The notes under the pieces were generated by a model. That model did not search any database and was not told where the DNA came from. It saw only the letters and a list, made by a program, of their open reading frames with translations. Shown in pieces: positions 1-11,939 of a stretch of 62,093 nt of DNA (positions are counted from its first letter, which is position 1; the number at the start of each line of letters is the position of its first letter). Source of the DNA: Malacoraja senta. Taxonomy: Eukaryota. The translations under genes and the position numbers were made by a program. The stretch spans positions 1 to 62,093 of the forward strand of contig JAXLNO010000211.1 in the NCBI GenBank assembly GCA_038087875.1, written 5' to 3'.

Positions 1-79
1 AATTGAAGATTTGACAAACACACTGGCAATCTACATCCAGGTGAGAGGAATGGGGAGCAGAAAGCATCATAGTTTGGTT

Positions 80-630
80 AAAGCAGATGGAAGGAGCCCA
101 CTTTTCCTTAAGGAAGGATATTTTTGCTATGGAGGGAACACATCAGAAGTGCAGCAGATTAACTGTAGGGATGGCAGGGCTGACGTATGAAGAACAATCT
201 GGTCAATATTCACTGGAGTTTGGAAGGAATGGTCATTTTATAGAAACCTACAAAATGTAGAAGTTGTAACAGGACTGGAAAGATTCGAGGTAAGATGTTC
301 CTGATGCTGGGGAGTTTCAGGACCAGGATCACAGAGCGAGGATAAGGTGAGGTCATGTAGAACTCAGAGGGGGAGAAATCTCTTCATCCAGAGTGGTGAA
401 TCAGAGGAATTCTCAATCATGGAATGCAATTGAAATCAGATCGTTGAATATACTCGTGAGTTAAATATTGTTCTTGTAGCTAGAGGGACCACGATGTATG
501 GGGAGAAAGGTATGGGAGTCCCCCAGCTGGGGACACAATTTGGATGATCAGCCATGATCACACTGAGGGGTTGAGTGGGCTTGAAGGGCCACATTGCTTA
601 CTCCTGTTCATAATTTCCATGTTTCTATTC
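80..630 (+). mobile_element. Old, degenerate CR1 LINE 3' fragment
   Basis: Decayed match to the 3' end of the CR1 at 46540-49763, including gatgatcagccatgat and the ctatgttt-like tail. Confidence 0.75.
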
Positions 631-923
631 CATATCCCACAACTGTGGTACTGAACAAGCATGCATGATGGGCCAATGCATGATTTTTTCGACATATATA
701 TCAATACCTTGCATTCTTCTGACTGGGAAGAACTGTTATGCAGACAGAATATGTTTCACATAAACCTGGGGAAAGCAGAAGACACACACTAGTTGTGGTG
801 TCCCCAACAGCAAATCTTGAAGTTGTGGACCTAAAGCGTCCCTGTATCTTGCTGCCTCTAGGAGAGTATTCGAAGGTGACTGCTTTCAAGACAGAAGGGA
901 GCAGCAGTACAAGGATTATATAC

Positions 924-1036
924 CTGAATGACAGCTCTGGGTGAGTGAGATTGGTACCACAGTGGAATGCCAAACAGACTAAGAATAGTCTTGGTCTCTA
1001 ACGTCTCTGTACAGCGAGTGTGGATCACACTGCCGC
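924..1036 (-). CDS. SUN1/SUN2-like gene, exon encoding the start of the SUN domain and KASH-lid; gene continues off the left edge
   Basis: ttctcttgttag|...ATTCAG|gtatat; phase 1 to phase 0; translates (G)GSVIHTRCTETLETKTILSLFGIPLWYQSHSPRAVIQ, matching the SUN1/2 signature TRCSETYETKTALxSLFGIPLWYxSQSPR. Confidence 0.95.
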
Positions 1037-1349
1037 CTAACAAGAGAAAACAGAATCATTATCATATCACTGAATGAACAAAGTTAATCATGAATCCTTC
1101 AAGAAATATGCAGGTTTACAGAGAACTGCAAAACTCTGGCAGAGAGATTGGAAAGTTTTTGCTTGAGTGCTGACCACTAAGAAGAACTTTCCAATTTGTC
1201 CAAGAACTCAACACATCCAGCACAACTGCAGCAATAATTTAATGTTACAATCACAATTGTTTAAGTAAACTTGAAAGCTAATTTTCATACAATGTCCAAC
1301 AGGTTGGAGCACAGAATCCAGCTGAAACTTTCAATACACAGCTGAAAGG

Positions 1350-1363
1350 CCACCAGGTGGCAG
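1350..1363 (+). promoter_or_regulatory. Candidate CTCF site
   Basis: CCACCAGGTGGCAG matches the core consensus CCASYAGRKGGCRS at every position, in unique sequence. Confidence 0.4.
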
Positions 1364-1627
1364 TGGTTGGATAAGTACCCTCCCAAATCTCAACCATTTA
1401 CTTGATCTCATAATTTTTTCCATTCAATACAACTATAATAAACAAGGAGCTGTTGTTGCAAAAATTAAGTACAATGAGAAAGATTTCTGTAACATAAAAT
1501 GGAAGCAAAACTGCTACCCGCTGACCAAGATATAAAAATATTGTTATTTGTGGGCAGTTAGCTGGAAACATGTGCAACCAATGACTGCTGTCTGCATAGG
1601 TTCTTTTTCTCAATTATATAAAGCCAT

Positions 1628-1937
1628 AGGGTCACAGCTTAAGGATAAGGGGGAAATCCTTTAAGACCGAGATGAGGAAAAACTTTTTCACACAGAGAGT
1701 GGTGAATCTCTGGAACTCTCTGCCACAGAGGGTAGTTGAGGCCAGTTCATTGGCTATATTTAAGAGGGAATTAGATGTGGCCCTTGTGGCTAAAGGGATC
1801 AGGGGGTATGGAGAGAAGGCAGGTACGGGATACTGAGTTGGATGATCAGCCATGATCGTATTGAATGGCGGTGCAGGCTCGAAGGGCCGAATGGCCTACT
1901 CCTGCACCTATTTTCTATGTATCTATGTATCTATGTA
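1628..1937 (+). mobile_element. Young CR1 (HER1-type) 3' fragment
   Basis: Near-identical to 49457-49763; (ctatgtat)n tail. Confidence 0.9.
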
Positions 1938-3126
1938 TATAGCATTATATCTGACCTAGTTTAGAGACTAACCAGAAAGGACAATTTATCTTGTAGAACA
2001 TATATTTTTTAAATATTGTAGAACATATATTTACATCGCAGGAACAGGCCCTTTTGTCCCACTGTGTCTACACCAACCATGATGTCAGCCTAACTCATCC
2101 CATCTGACAGGACATGGTCTACATCCCTCTACTCCCTGTCTGTACATGTATCTGTCCAAATGCCCTTTAAAGATTACTATTGTATCTGCTTCCACCACCT
2201 CACCTGACAACACACCTGCAGTTGTGCAAGAAAAACTTGCCACACATCTCCTTTAAACATCCCCCCCTCTCACCTTAACTCTATGCCCTGGCGTATTTGA
2301 CATTTCCACCCTGGGGAAAGACTGCCTTCTCCATCTATATATCTCTCATAATTTTATATACTTCTATCAGGTCTCGTCTCCGCCTCTGACGCTCCAGCAA
2401 AAACATTCCGTTTGTCCAACTTCCCCTTATAGCTAATATTCTATTCTAACATTCTGTCTAATCCAGGCAGCATCCTGGTCATTCTGCAGATGGCTGAAAC
2501 CTAAAGTAGATCTTCAGCTTTCTACACAATTCCAATTGTCCAATGTTAACTTGAGAAGAACCAAGCTTCTATCCACATTTCAAACCATGAGCTTGTCTTC
2601 TTTTCTTGCACTTCTACAGGTGTTTAAGATTTCATTCGTCTGCTACTAGTTGCATCTCCACCGATCCAGCTGGTATCGACATTCATCTCAAATATCTCCT
2701 GGTCTCCAGTCTATCTATTTTGTTCTCACTTTCTCTGCAATGTAAACTTTGCTTCAAAGAATAAAACTGGCTGTACGGAGTTTGTACATTCTCCCTGTGA
2801 CCGCATGGGTTTTCTCCTGGTGCTCTGGTATCCTCCCACACTCCAAAGATGTACAGGTTTGTAGGTTAATTGTAATTTGTTAAATTGGCCAGAGGGCAGA
2901 ATAAGACCCATCTTTTCTTCATACGCATTAAATGACTTGGAGTTCCAGATTTGCAGATGATACTGTGAACTGGGGATATTCATGGAATTGGAGGCAAATA
3001 CAGAATTGGGTTTGAACAGCTGTAATTCAAATGTGAAATATTTCATTTTGGGAGGAGGGATAAGGCAATGTAAACTAGAGGGCACAATTCTAAAAGGAGT
3101 GAAGAAACAACAGTGTCTCTGGAATG

Positions 3127-3160
3127 GGTGACGTTTCGGGTCGAGACCCTTCATCAGACC
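3127..3160 (-). ncRNA. Minimal type I hammerhead ribozyme motif (Penelope-associated), perfect core
   Basis: GGU CUGAUGA A GGGUC-UC-GACCC GAAA CG UC/ACC: complete catalytic core, stem II, palindromic ACGU in place of helix III, 3-bp stem I. Confidence 0.75.
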
Positions 3161-3753
3161 TCCACATCCTTCTTACACATGTGGGTGATATATGTGCCTA
3201 GTTTACTGAAAGAAGGAAGTTTAGGATGTTGTTTAAAAACGCCTGTACTTTATAAATAACGGCCCAGGGTACAAGAACAAAGAAGTGATGGGGAACTTTG
3301 TAAAACACAGGCTTGGCCACAGCTGGAGTAGTGCATCCTGTCCTGGCTGCCTTGCCCTCAGAAAGGCATGAAGCTTCGGAGAGAGTGCACAAGAGAGTAA
3401 CCAATGTGTTTGCAGGGATGGTGAAGCAGTGGACAGAATGAAGATGGCCGATGGTGCCCCAGGGCAAGGCCATCCCACCGATGGCTCGGCCTTTAAATGA
3501 GTTGTGGCTGGCGCAACATCAAGCAGTTACAAGTTAAATTAACATTCAGCATTGTGAACCTCAGCAGCTCTGGGGAAACCTGTACTGTCAACATAGATCT
3601 GTACTTGCCTATTCAGGACATATTGCCCAGTGTGAAAGAGACCCCATTCCACAGGAGCAAGTCAAACATGACTAAAGTGCCTGCCCACACAACACCCTTT
3701 CAGTCTGTTACATTCAGAGTTTTACTTGGCCCGGGCTTTTGTCTGATACTTAC

Positions 3754-3838
3754 CAGCAGATTCCAGTGCATAATCCACCAATCCAACCCTGTCAGCGCTG
3801 TACAGTTTCAGGGCTTGCTCCACAATGCTTTTCACTTC
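3754..3838 (-). CDS. SUN1/SUN2-like gene, exon for the alpha3 helix and DYALES motif
   Basis: tttatcctttggtag|...GCTG|gtaag; 85 nt, phase 0 to phase 1; EVKSIVEQALKLYSADRVGLVDYALESA(G); splices in frame to 924-1036. Confidence 0.95.
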
Positions 3839-4656
3839 CTACCAAAGGATAAAACAACAATAATGTGGGATAAGAAGGGGGCAGTAGAGTGTAATAGAGT
3901 GCAGAGCCCACACACATACAGAAACCAGACGGGCAATGCTCCCTTCAACAGGTCCCACAAAATGATCCCTCTTATCCATTCCCATAATCTGGAATTAGCA
4001 AGGTGTAATAAAAGTGAGCGATGGAGAGCCCAAGTTTACTCCATAGAAGGCAGCAGGATTATGTGACCAGGTCAATAATGATTACAGTACATTGACATGG
4101 ATAGGACAGGTTTGGAGGGATCTGGGGCAAACGCAGGCAGGTGGGACTAGTGTAGCTGGGAGATGTTGGCCGGTGTAGACTTATGCAATGTTCCATTCAG
4201 TTTGACATTGCCTTACTACCTGTCCTTCACAGAAAGGCTCCTGAAGAAAACTAGCTGTGACCACGTGATCAAGGTAGAACGAGCTACAGGCACTGTGGGA
4301 GAAGGACTCGATGGATCCCGTCAGATGGCTCCCCAAGCAGACAGAGGAAGTCACCAACAGTAGTGTGAGGTGCCCTCCCAGTCAGACCCTGCCTGCTCTG
4401 TCAGAAAAGCAACCCACTGCACGCTGCCATTGAGATGGTTGTGGTGTGGACAACATTCACCTCCTTATGCACTGGGTGTTTGACAGGAAGGTCAGAAGAA
4501 GAATGCAAGGGCTCTTGTCATGGTTCATCCTGAGCAGTTGTGCATCAGTGATCTAGGAGCTGTTCACAGGGACACACAACAAGATAAATGTCAACTGCTG
4601 CTGGAAGATCATTATCTCAGCGGAAGACTCAACAAGTTTCAACAGGTTTCCACAAG

Positions 4657-7600
4657 TTTATTTATGGATAACCCCTTGAGATGGACAATCATCTCGTTTT
4701 CGAGGGGGTCCAACATAGAACATACAGCACAAGACATAACATACATAAAGGCTCTCATCGACCCACCTACCCACACACCAAGCCCAAAACCCCTCCATCC
4801 CCACTTGTTATAGTTTATAACAATTGTTAATTAACTTAAATCCAATAATAACAAAAGTTATGTATTACAGCATAATGTTAGTCGCTATGCAATACTCTAA
4901 TACTAGAAACAGGTACATGGTTTTATGAGAAATGGTAAAAGTGTATTTTTAAATAGACAAAATGAGCTAATAGTTCTTATGGTACTAGGCGGAGTGTTCC
5001 AGTCAGAAGGAGCTTTGTATTTAAATGCACGTCTCCCAATTTCTTTGTTAGTTCTTGGAATGAAAAAGAAGGGTTGTTGAATATGTCTTAGTGAATATGA
5101 GGGTGTGTATGGTAATAGGTCTTGTTTTAAATAAGAGGGGTAATTAGGATGGATGCATTTAAAGATGAACTGGAACCAGTGGTAGCATCTTCGAGCGTGG
5201 GGGGATAACCAGTTTAAAGTTTCGTACATAGAACAGTGGTGAGTTGTATATGGACACCTTAAAATAAATCTGCAAAGACTATTATAAACTACATTAAGGG
5301 GTTGAAGATGTATATCAAATGTATTCTGATAGACAATATCAGCATAATCCAGTGTTGGTAGTAGTAGTTGAGAGACAATTATTTTTCTCATCTGAAAGGT
5401 GAAACAATTTATATGGCGGTAAAGAATAGCTAGATTACAGCTAAGTTTTTTAGTAATCGTCTCACTATGCTGCGTAAATGAAAGCGTTGGGTCAAGCCAA
5501 ACACCAAGATATTTGAAGTTCAATACTTGTTCTAATGGTGATCCTTCATTAAATGATATATTCAGATCTACAGAATTACCAAGGCCTTGTCTGGTACCAA
5601 ATAACATACTGCATGATTTATTTTTATTTAAAATTAATTTGTTAAATAATAGCCATTTCTGAACAGAAATAAGATCTGATTGAAGGGTTCTTTCAATTTC
5701 AGACTTGTTAGTACTAGATGTATATAGCACCGCATCATCGGCATATAGTTGTATTTGACAGTCAGAACAGATATTGGGGAGGTCGTTTATGAAAATAGAG
5801 AAAAGGAGTGGTCCCAAGGACGAACCTTGCGGGACACCTTCTCAACAATTAAGAAATTGGATTGACTTCCATTAAAGGTGACACATTGGCGTCTGTTATG
5901 AAGGTATGAGTTAAACCACAGTAGATTGTTTCGAGAAAGACCAATAGAGTAAAGTTTATCAAGCAAGAGGTAGTGGTCAACAACATCAAAGGCCTTGGTT
6001 AGATCAAGAAAGATGGCACCGGTGAGTTTACCATCCTCGGAAGCAGTGAACACATCGCTGGTAAGTTTTAACAGAGCTGTAGTTGTGCAGTGTTTAGGTC
6101 TGAACCCAGACTGGCATGGAGATAGAATATTGAAAGTTGAGACATAATGTGATAGCTGGTTGAACACTAGTTTCTCAAGGATTTTAGCCACCGAGTTGAT
6201 AATTGAGATGGGGCGGTAATTGTTAATATCTTGTGGGTCGCCTCCCTTGCAGTGGAGTAACATTGGCACACTTCCATGCAGAAGGGAGGGTACAAGTTGA
6301 GAAAGACAAATTAAACAGGTCGCATAGTGGGTACATTAAAATATTAGCTCCTAACTTAATGAATTTAGTCTCAATACCAGCTGGTCCAGATCCACAATCA
6401 TCCTTTAATTCATTAATAACATGTTGAACATCAACAGGTTTGATTTTTTGAAAAGAAAAAGAGTTTCTACTTGTAGAGGTAGCTGGAAAGTCACATATAA
6501 TAGATGAATCAAATACAGTAGAGCTACCTACAGTGGAGAAGTGCTGGTTAAAAGCATTGGATATAACAGCAGGGTCCTGAATGATGTCATTATTGACCCG
6601 AATCTGAGTTCTAATATTTTGATTTGATTTATTAAGAACATTGTTTAGTCTTTTCCAAAACTTTTTTGGATTAAGCATATCTTCAGAAAGATGTTTTTAA
6701 AAATAACTTGATTTAGCAATACGTGTTTTTGTCGTACACTGATTCCTTAAGGACCTATATTTTTCCCAATCAGCAGGGTCCTTTGTTTCCCTGAAAGTCT
6801 TCCAAACTTTATCTCGCTCATTAAAAAGGTTGATCAAATCAGCACTAATCCATGGTAAATGTTTTCCCTTGACTTTTATTTCACTCCAGGGGGCATGCTT
6901 ATCAATAACTCTTGAGACTTCAGTGTATAAATAATTCCAGGCATCCTCGACAGTTGGTATAAGTTGAAACCTATCCCAGTTTATTGCAATCAGGTCATGC
7001 ATCTAATTATCATAATTTAATTTTCTACATTGTCTAACACAAATATGTTTAGGAGGGAGACGGGAAGGTTTAATCTTCCACACACAGAAAATAGCAGAAT
7101 GATCGCTAAAGCAATCTGACAAAACACCAGATGTTAAGATTCGGTCAGGATGGGTAACAAGAATCCAATCTAATAGTGATGTAGAATTGCCATGAACTCT
7201 AGTAGGTTCATTGATTAACTGGGTCAGGTTTATACTTTTAAGCAAGTGTTTGTCGTTAGAAGAGGAGTGATCGAGCCAGTTTTTATTGAAGTCACCAAGA
7301 AGCACTAATTCACATGGATGTTCAATAGAGGTGAGAGTAGAAATTAAGGACTTAGTTGAGTCAGGATGAACAGGGGGAGATCGATAGATAGTGCCAATAA
7401 TTAGATGTTTATTGTCATGAAGTTTTAACCTAATAAAAAGGCTTTCAAAGAGGAGTGAGGTTGCTTTAGGGATGGCAGGTTCAGATATAAAACAAGTTGA
7501 CACATAACAAGCCACACCTCCAGCTCTCGTAGGCCTATCTGCTCTATATAATACAAAATTATCAATATGAATATCATTGTCACAAATTTCACTATGTAAC

Positions 7601-9357
7601 CATGTTTCTGAAAATGTTATTATGTCAGGTGTATTCTGTGCAATCCAAATTCTAATTAAATCTATCTTTGGAAGACGACTCCTAATGTTCAAGTGGATAA
7701 TTTTTAGACCTTTAGCTGTATCCATTATGGATCAATTGGGTGTAGATAAAGTCAGGGGAGTGAGGCAGGGAAATAGCATGAGAAAGGGGACGAGAGAGCC
7801 ACATACACAGATCAGCACAGACACACACACACAAAAGACAGGACAGACAAAGCACACAAGATCAGGCTGCGTCATTGAGAGAGAGAGAAAAAGAAGAAAA
7901 CAAAGTGAGCATACACACCTCAGTCTGCATAGCTCATTTTTATGCAAATAGATCAAAGTATGAGGTCCTGGACCATTTATGTTTAAATTAATGGGGCATT
8001 ATGAAGCCCAAAATAACAACTCTTAGTTTTACAACGTTTTTACGGCAATTGCAACACTTTTTACTGCAACAGTAGTAAAGCAGCATCAATCATAACAACT
8101 CTCATGCCAGTTTTAACTTTGCAAATAAAACAGAAAAATCAATGGTTGTCCAGCGATTATATAATTACAAGAGGACCCACTGGCATCAGTTTATCAAAAT
8201 CAAGAAAAATACAACCAAAACCAGATAAACACAAAGTTCATAGGCAAACAGCATTATTGTGCTAACGCTATCACCAGCCACTGGCCACCAACACTAGGCT
8301 GTTATATCAGAGTCCATGGAGGAGTTAGTGGAGGAAACCTCACCAAAAAATGTCTCAACTTCATCAGGAGTACGAAAGAACTGTGTCTTGCCAGCGCAGA
8401 CAACTCTTAGTGTGCAGGGAAAGATCAATGCATATTTAATGTCACGGTCGCGTAGCTTCTTCTTAGCCGCATCATACTCCCGGCGTCTCCGGACAAGAGC
8501 AGCGCTGAAGTCCGGGTAGACATGAACCCGAGCTCCATTGTACTCAAGGGGCACATTTTTCTCCCGGGAGAGCTTCATTATCTTCAGCTTATCCTGGAAA
8601 TAGTGGAACTTCACCAGGATAGGCCTCGGACCCTTGGCTCTGGAGTTATCCTTGCGACCAGCACGGTGACAACGCTCAATCTCTAGAGGAGTGGGGAAAT
8701 TCGCCTCACCAAAAAGCTGCGGTATCAGACGGCCTATGAATCCGCAAATATCTTTTGACTCGACCCTCTCGGGGATGCCGACAAAACGTAAGTTGGAACG
8801 TCTGCTTCTGTTCTCAGCGTCATCTGCCCAAGTTTTCAGGTCAGCGTTTTCTTTTACAAGTAATTTTACACGTCCGACCAGGTCCGTTATATTATCCTTG
8901 TTGGAGCTAACTCTATGCTCAAGCTCCGTTACTTGCTCTCCAAGCGTTTGAAGTGAGCCTTCAATGTTAATCAGGCTTACTCCAATTGGATCAATTTTAT
9001 TGTCCATATGTAATATCATGTTGAGCTGCATTTGCTGCATATTATCCAAGACACTTTGGAGGGCAATTGGCTCGCCCATTGTAAAACCAGTAGTCTTTTC
9101 CACTCAGCGAATAGTAGAAGGTAGAAGATAATAGAAGATAATAGAAGGTAGAAGATAGAAGATAGTCCAGTAATTAATAGTTAGTTAAGTTGTTCTACCT
9201 TGCTTTTTAAATTCACCAAAAATTGTTCATTGACACCAGGCGAGTTCGAGTTTAGAAGGAATCTCAAAACGCCATCAAATTGACAAATAGTTGAGCCTGC
9301 AGGCTAGAGCTTGTGTAAAACCCTCGCGCAGCAACGGCAGCCATCTTGTCTGCCCAA
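4657..9357 (-). mobile_element. Near full-length L2/CR1-group LINE: ORF1 8294-9103, disrupted APE-RT ORF2 7725-4903
   Basis: ORF1 with coiled coil and ENRSRRSNLRFVGIPE; ORF2 motifs HLNIRS, SETWL, GDFN, SDH, LDLTKAFD, YADD; two stops (7003, 6697) and two frameshifts (about 6255 and 5838); 3' stem-loop and ataaataaa; 5' AAGATGGC. Confidence 0.9.
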
Positions 9358-9647
9358 AAATTGATCTTCCCGCATAAGATGTGGGTAAATGAATTGCTGC
9401 CGACTGGCACATTCCAGGGTGCGAGAGTATGTGGTGTGAGGGACACACTGAAGCTCAGTGCAGTCACCGCAGAGGCTGTGGGGGAGTGGCCTTGGTCTAA
9501 GGTCCAGCCACCACTAGACCCTGAGGGACTCTCAGACACTTCATAGGAGCACTGTTTAAGGATGTGGTGTTCATTGACACATTGCAAGCGAAAGTGCTGA
9601 ATTGATGGAACGTAGAGCAAGACATGCCCCAATTTCATTACTATATA

Positions 9648-10510
9648 TCTATATAATTAAAAGTCTCATCTTTGCCACTTCCTGTTTGCACTGCATATTG
9701 ATTTTAGAAAAAACACTTCCACTTACGGTTGTGATTTTTAGTCATCTTACTCAGTCCCCTTCCGCTGCATAGGGCAAGAGGATTTTTCCCATCGATGAAA
9801 AATAAAAGAGTTATTTGTGTTTTAAAAATGTTGAGATTCTCTCTCCTGTCAATCACTGCCATGAAGGCCATGCCCCTTCTGGTGGGAGGGGGAGGGACTA
9901 TAAAACCCGGAACTGTGGGAGTGGCTCAGTCTCTGCAAGATGGGGGAGGGAGAGGTCACCTTGGTGGCCTTGCACCCTGCTTGAAATGGTAACCATATAA
10001 CCATAACAGCACGGAAACAGGCCATCTCGGGCCTAGGAAACTGCTTTTCAATTTGGTGGCCTTGCACCCTGCTTGAAATGGTATGAAACTGCTTTTGAAT
10101 TTGGTGGCCTTGCACCCTGCTTGAAATGGTAGGAAACTGCATTTGAATTTGGTGGCCTTGCTCTCTGCTTGAAATGGTAGGAAACTTCATTTGAATTTGG
10201 TGGCCTGCACTCTGCTTGAAATGGAATTTAAAGGAATAGCCTCGAGTCAACTGCCAGTCCACCAGCCGTGAGTGAGTGAGCTGCCAGTACACCAGGCTTG
10301 AGTGACTGAGCTGCCAGCCCACTAATCCATTCGGCCCACAATGTCCATACTAGCCCTCTGGAAACCAGTCCCTTCAGCCCACAACACCCAGAAAGCCCCC
10401 CCCCCCGCCACCGGCCACCAATATTGGAATTGGTGGAGAGGTGGAATATTGCGTTGGGGGACCAGCCCTCCCGTGTGAACATGGGACCCAACGGGTCCCA
10501 CTTAGTCTAG
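9648..10510 (+). mobile_element. Non-autonomous Helitron
   Basis: A|TC 5' end and CTAG|T 3' end; perfect hairpin TGGGACCC-AAC-GGGTCCCA (10482-10500) 6 nt before CTAG; no TSD. Confidence 0.85.
9961..10226. repeat. About 48-bp minisatellite, about 5 copies, inside the Helitron
   Basis: Repeated ttggtggccttgcaccctgcttgaaatggtaggaaactgcatttgaat. Confidence 0.9.
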
Positions 10511-10588
10511 TATTATCAATAAATTACATTTCTGAAATACAATGATGTGTTCCAGAGTTAGAGCCACTGGCTGCTTGCATGCTTGTAC

Positions 10589-10801
10589 CTTAATAATCCC
10601 TGCTCTGACAGCTGCCGAGTGTGTCTCCATTGCCGGACGAGGATAAAGTGATGCATCTGAGAGGATCTTCTTCTCCAAGCCAGCGAGGAGGGCCTCGAGT
10701 TCCTTGTGATGCACCAGCTGTGCTGTCAGTGGTTCCCCTGTGCTGTCTTGTGATGAACCGAAGAGCAGCTTGTGGACAAGTGGGAGCAACGCCGTCTCCT
10801 T
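10589..10801 (-). CDS. SUN1/SUN2-like gene, lumenal coiled-coil exon
   Basis: tgtgtgtttag|AAG...ATTAAG|gtacaa; 213 nt, phase 0/0; KETALLPLVHKLLFG...KELEALLAGLEKKILSDAS...AGIIK resembles the CC2 region of SUN1/2; tandem NAGNAG acceptor. Confidence 0.85.
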
Positions 10802-10998
10802 CTAAACACACAAGAGCTGGATAGTCAGTGCTCCTCCTTGTAGACATTGAAATCAATGCAAAGCAGTATCTTTGTCATCTTAAAAAATATATTATTTTAC
10901 AATTGTTGATCCTTTGGCGAGGGAGACAAGGCAAGGGAATACATTATTGCTGAAAGGATACTGAACTGTGGTGGGGAACAGAAAGATCTTGGAGAGCT

Positions 10999-11030
10999 GT
11001 CTGAAGAAGGGTTTCGGCCCGAAACGTTGC
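10999..11030 (+). ncRNA. Minimal hammerhead motif, variant subfamily
   Basis: GU CUGAAGA A GGGUU-UC-GGCCC GAAA CG UU/GC; stem II differs from the 3127 copy but still pairs through G-U. Confidence 0.6.
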
Positions 11031-11939
11031 CTATTTCCTTCGCTCCATAGATGCTGCTGCATCCGCTGAGTTTCTCCAGCATTTTTGTGTATCTTGGAGA
11101 GCTTGTTGTGTAGGAAGGAAATACAGATGCTGGTTTACACTGAAGATAGACACAAAATGCTGGAGTTACTCAGCGGACCAGGCAGCATCTTATGCTCCAG
11201 AGATCCTGTCCATCCCGCTGAGTTACTCCAGCATTTTGTGTCTATCTTGTTGTGGGATCTTTGAAGGTAGTGGGACAGTCATCTTGGAACTGTGGAAAAT
11301 GTTAGCTCAGCCGTACCTGTAACATTGTGTGGATTCTGGTTGCCTCCCTACAGGATTGATGGGAGTTCACTAGAGAGGCACAAGAAAGGTTTACGACATT
11401 GGCAGGACTGGAGAAGAAAGGTTGCAAGGAGAGAGTCGTCAGGAACTGCAGCAGGTAGATTGTTTGAGTGGTTATAATATTATAGAAAAAAAGACAAAAT
11501 GCTGGAGTAACTCAGCGGGACAGGCAGCATCTCTGGAGAGAAAGAATGGATCATGTTTCGGATTGAGACCCTTCTTCAGACGTCTCGACCCAAAATATCA
11601 TCCATCCCCCCCCCTCCCCCAGAGATGCTGCCTGTCTTGCTGATGTCTATCTGCGGTGTAAACCAGCATCTGCAGTTCCTTCCTACACATAAGGTTATGA
11701 TATTCTGACTGGTCCATTCAGAGTAAACAAGGTAACCATCTTTCCTGCACAAATTTGGAAATGTCATTCAATTGGCACAAGGGTTTGATGCAATTAGTAC
11801 AGTGGGCCAAGGGTTCACTGCCTGAATGGTTGTTGGAAGCAGAACTCACATTTACTGGGCACCTGGACCAGCAGTAGAAGAGGCTGTGAGTGAGATTCAC
11901 CTGGCCTCCCAGCACGTAAAACAGAAGGTGGGAACTATA

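Noticed and set aside
3497..4066. 189-aa plus-strand ORF
   Set aside because: Antisense shadow over the SUN exon at 3754-3838; no recognisable domain
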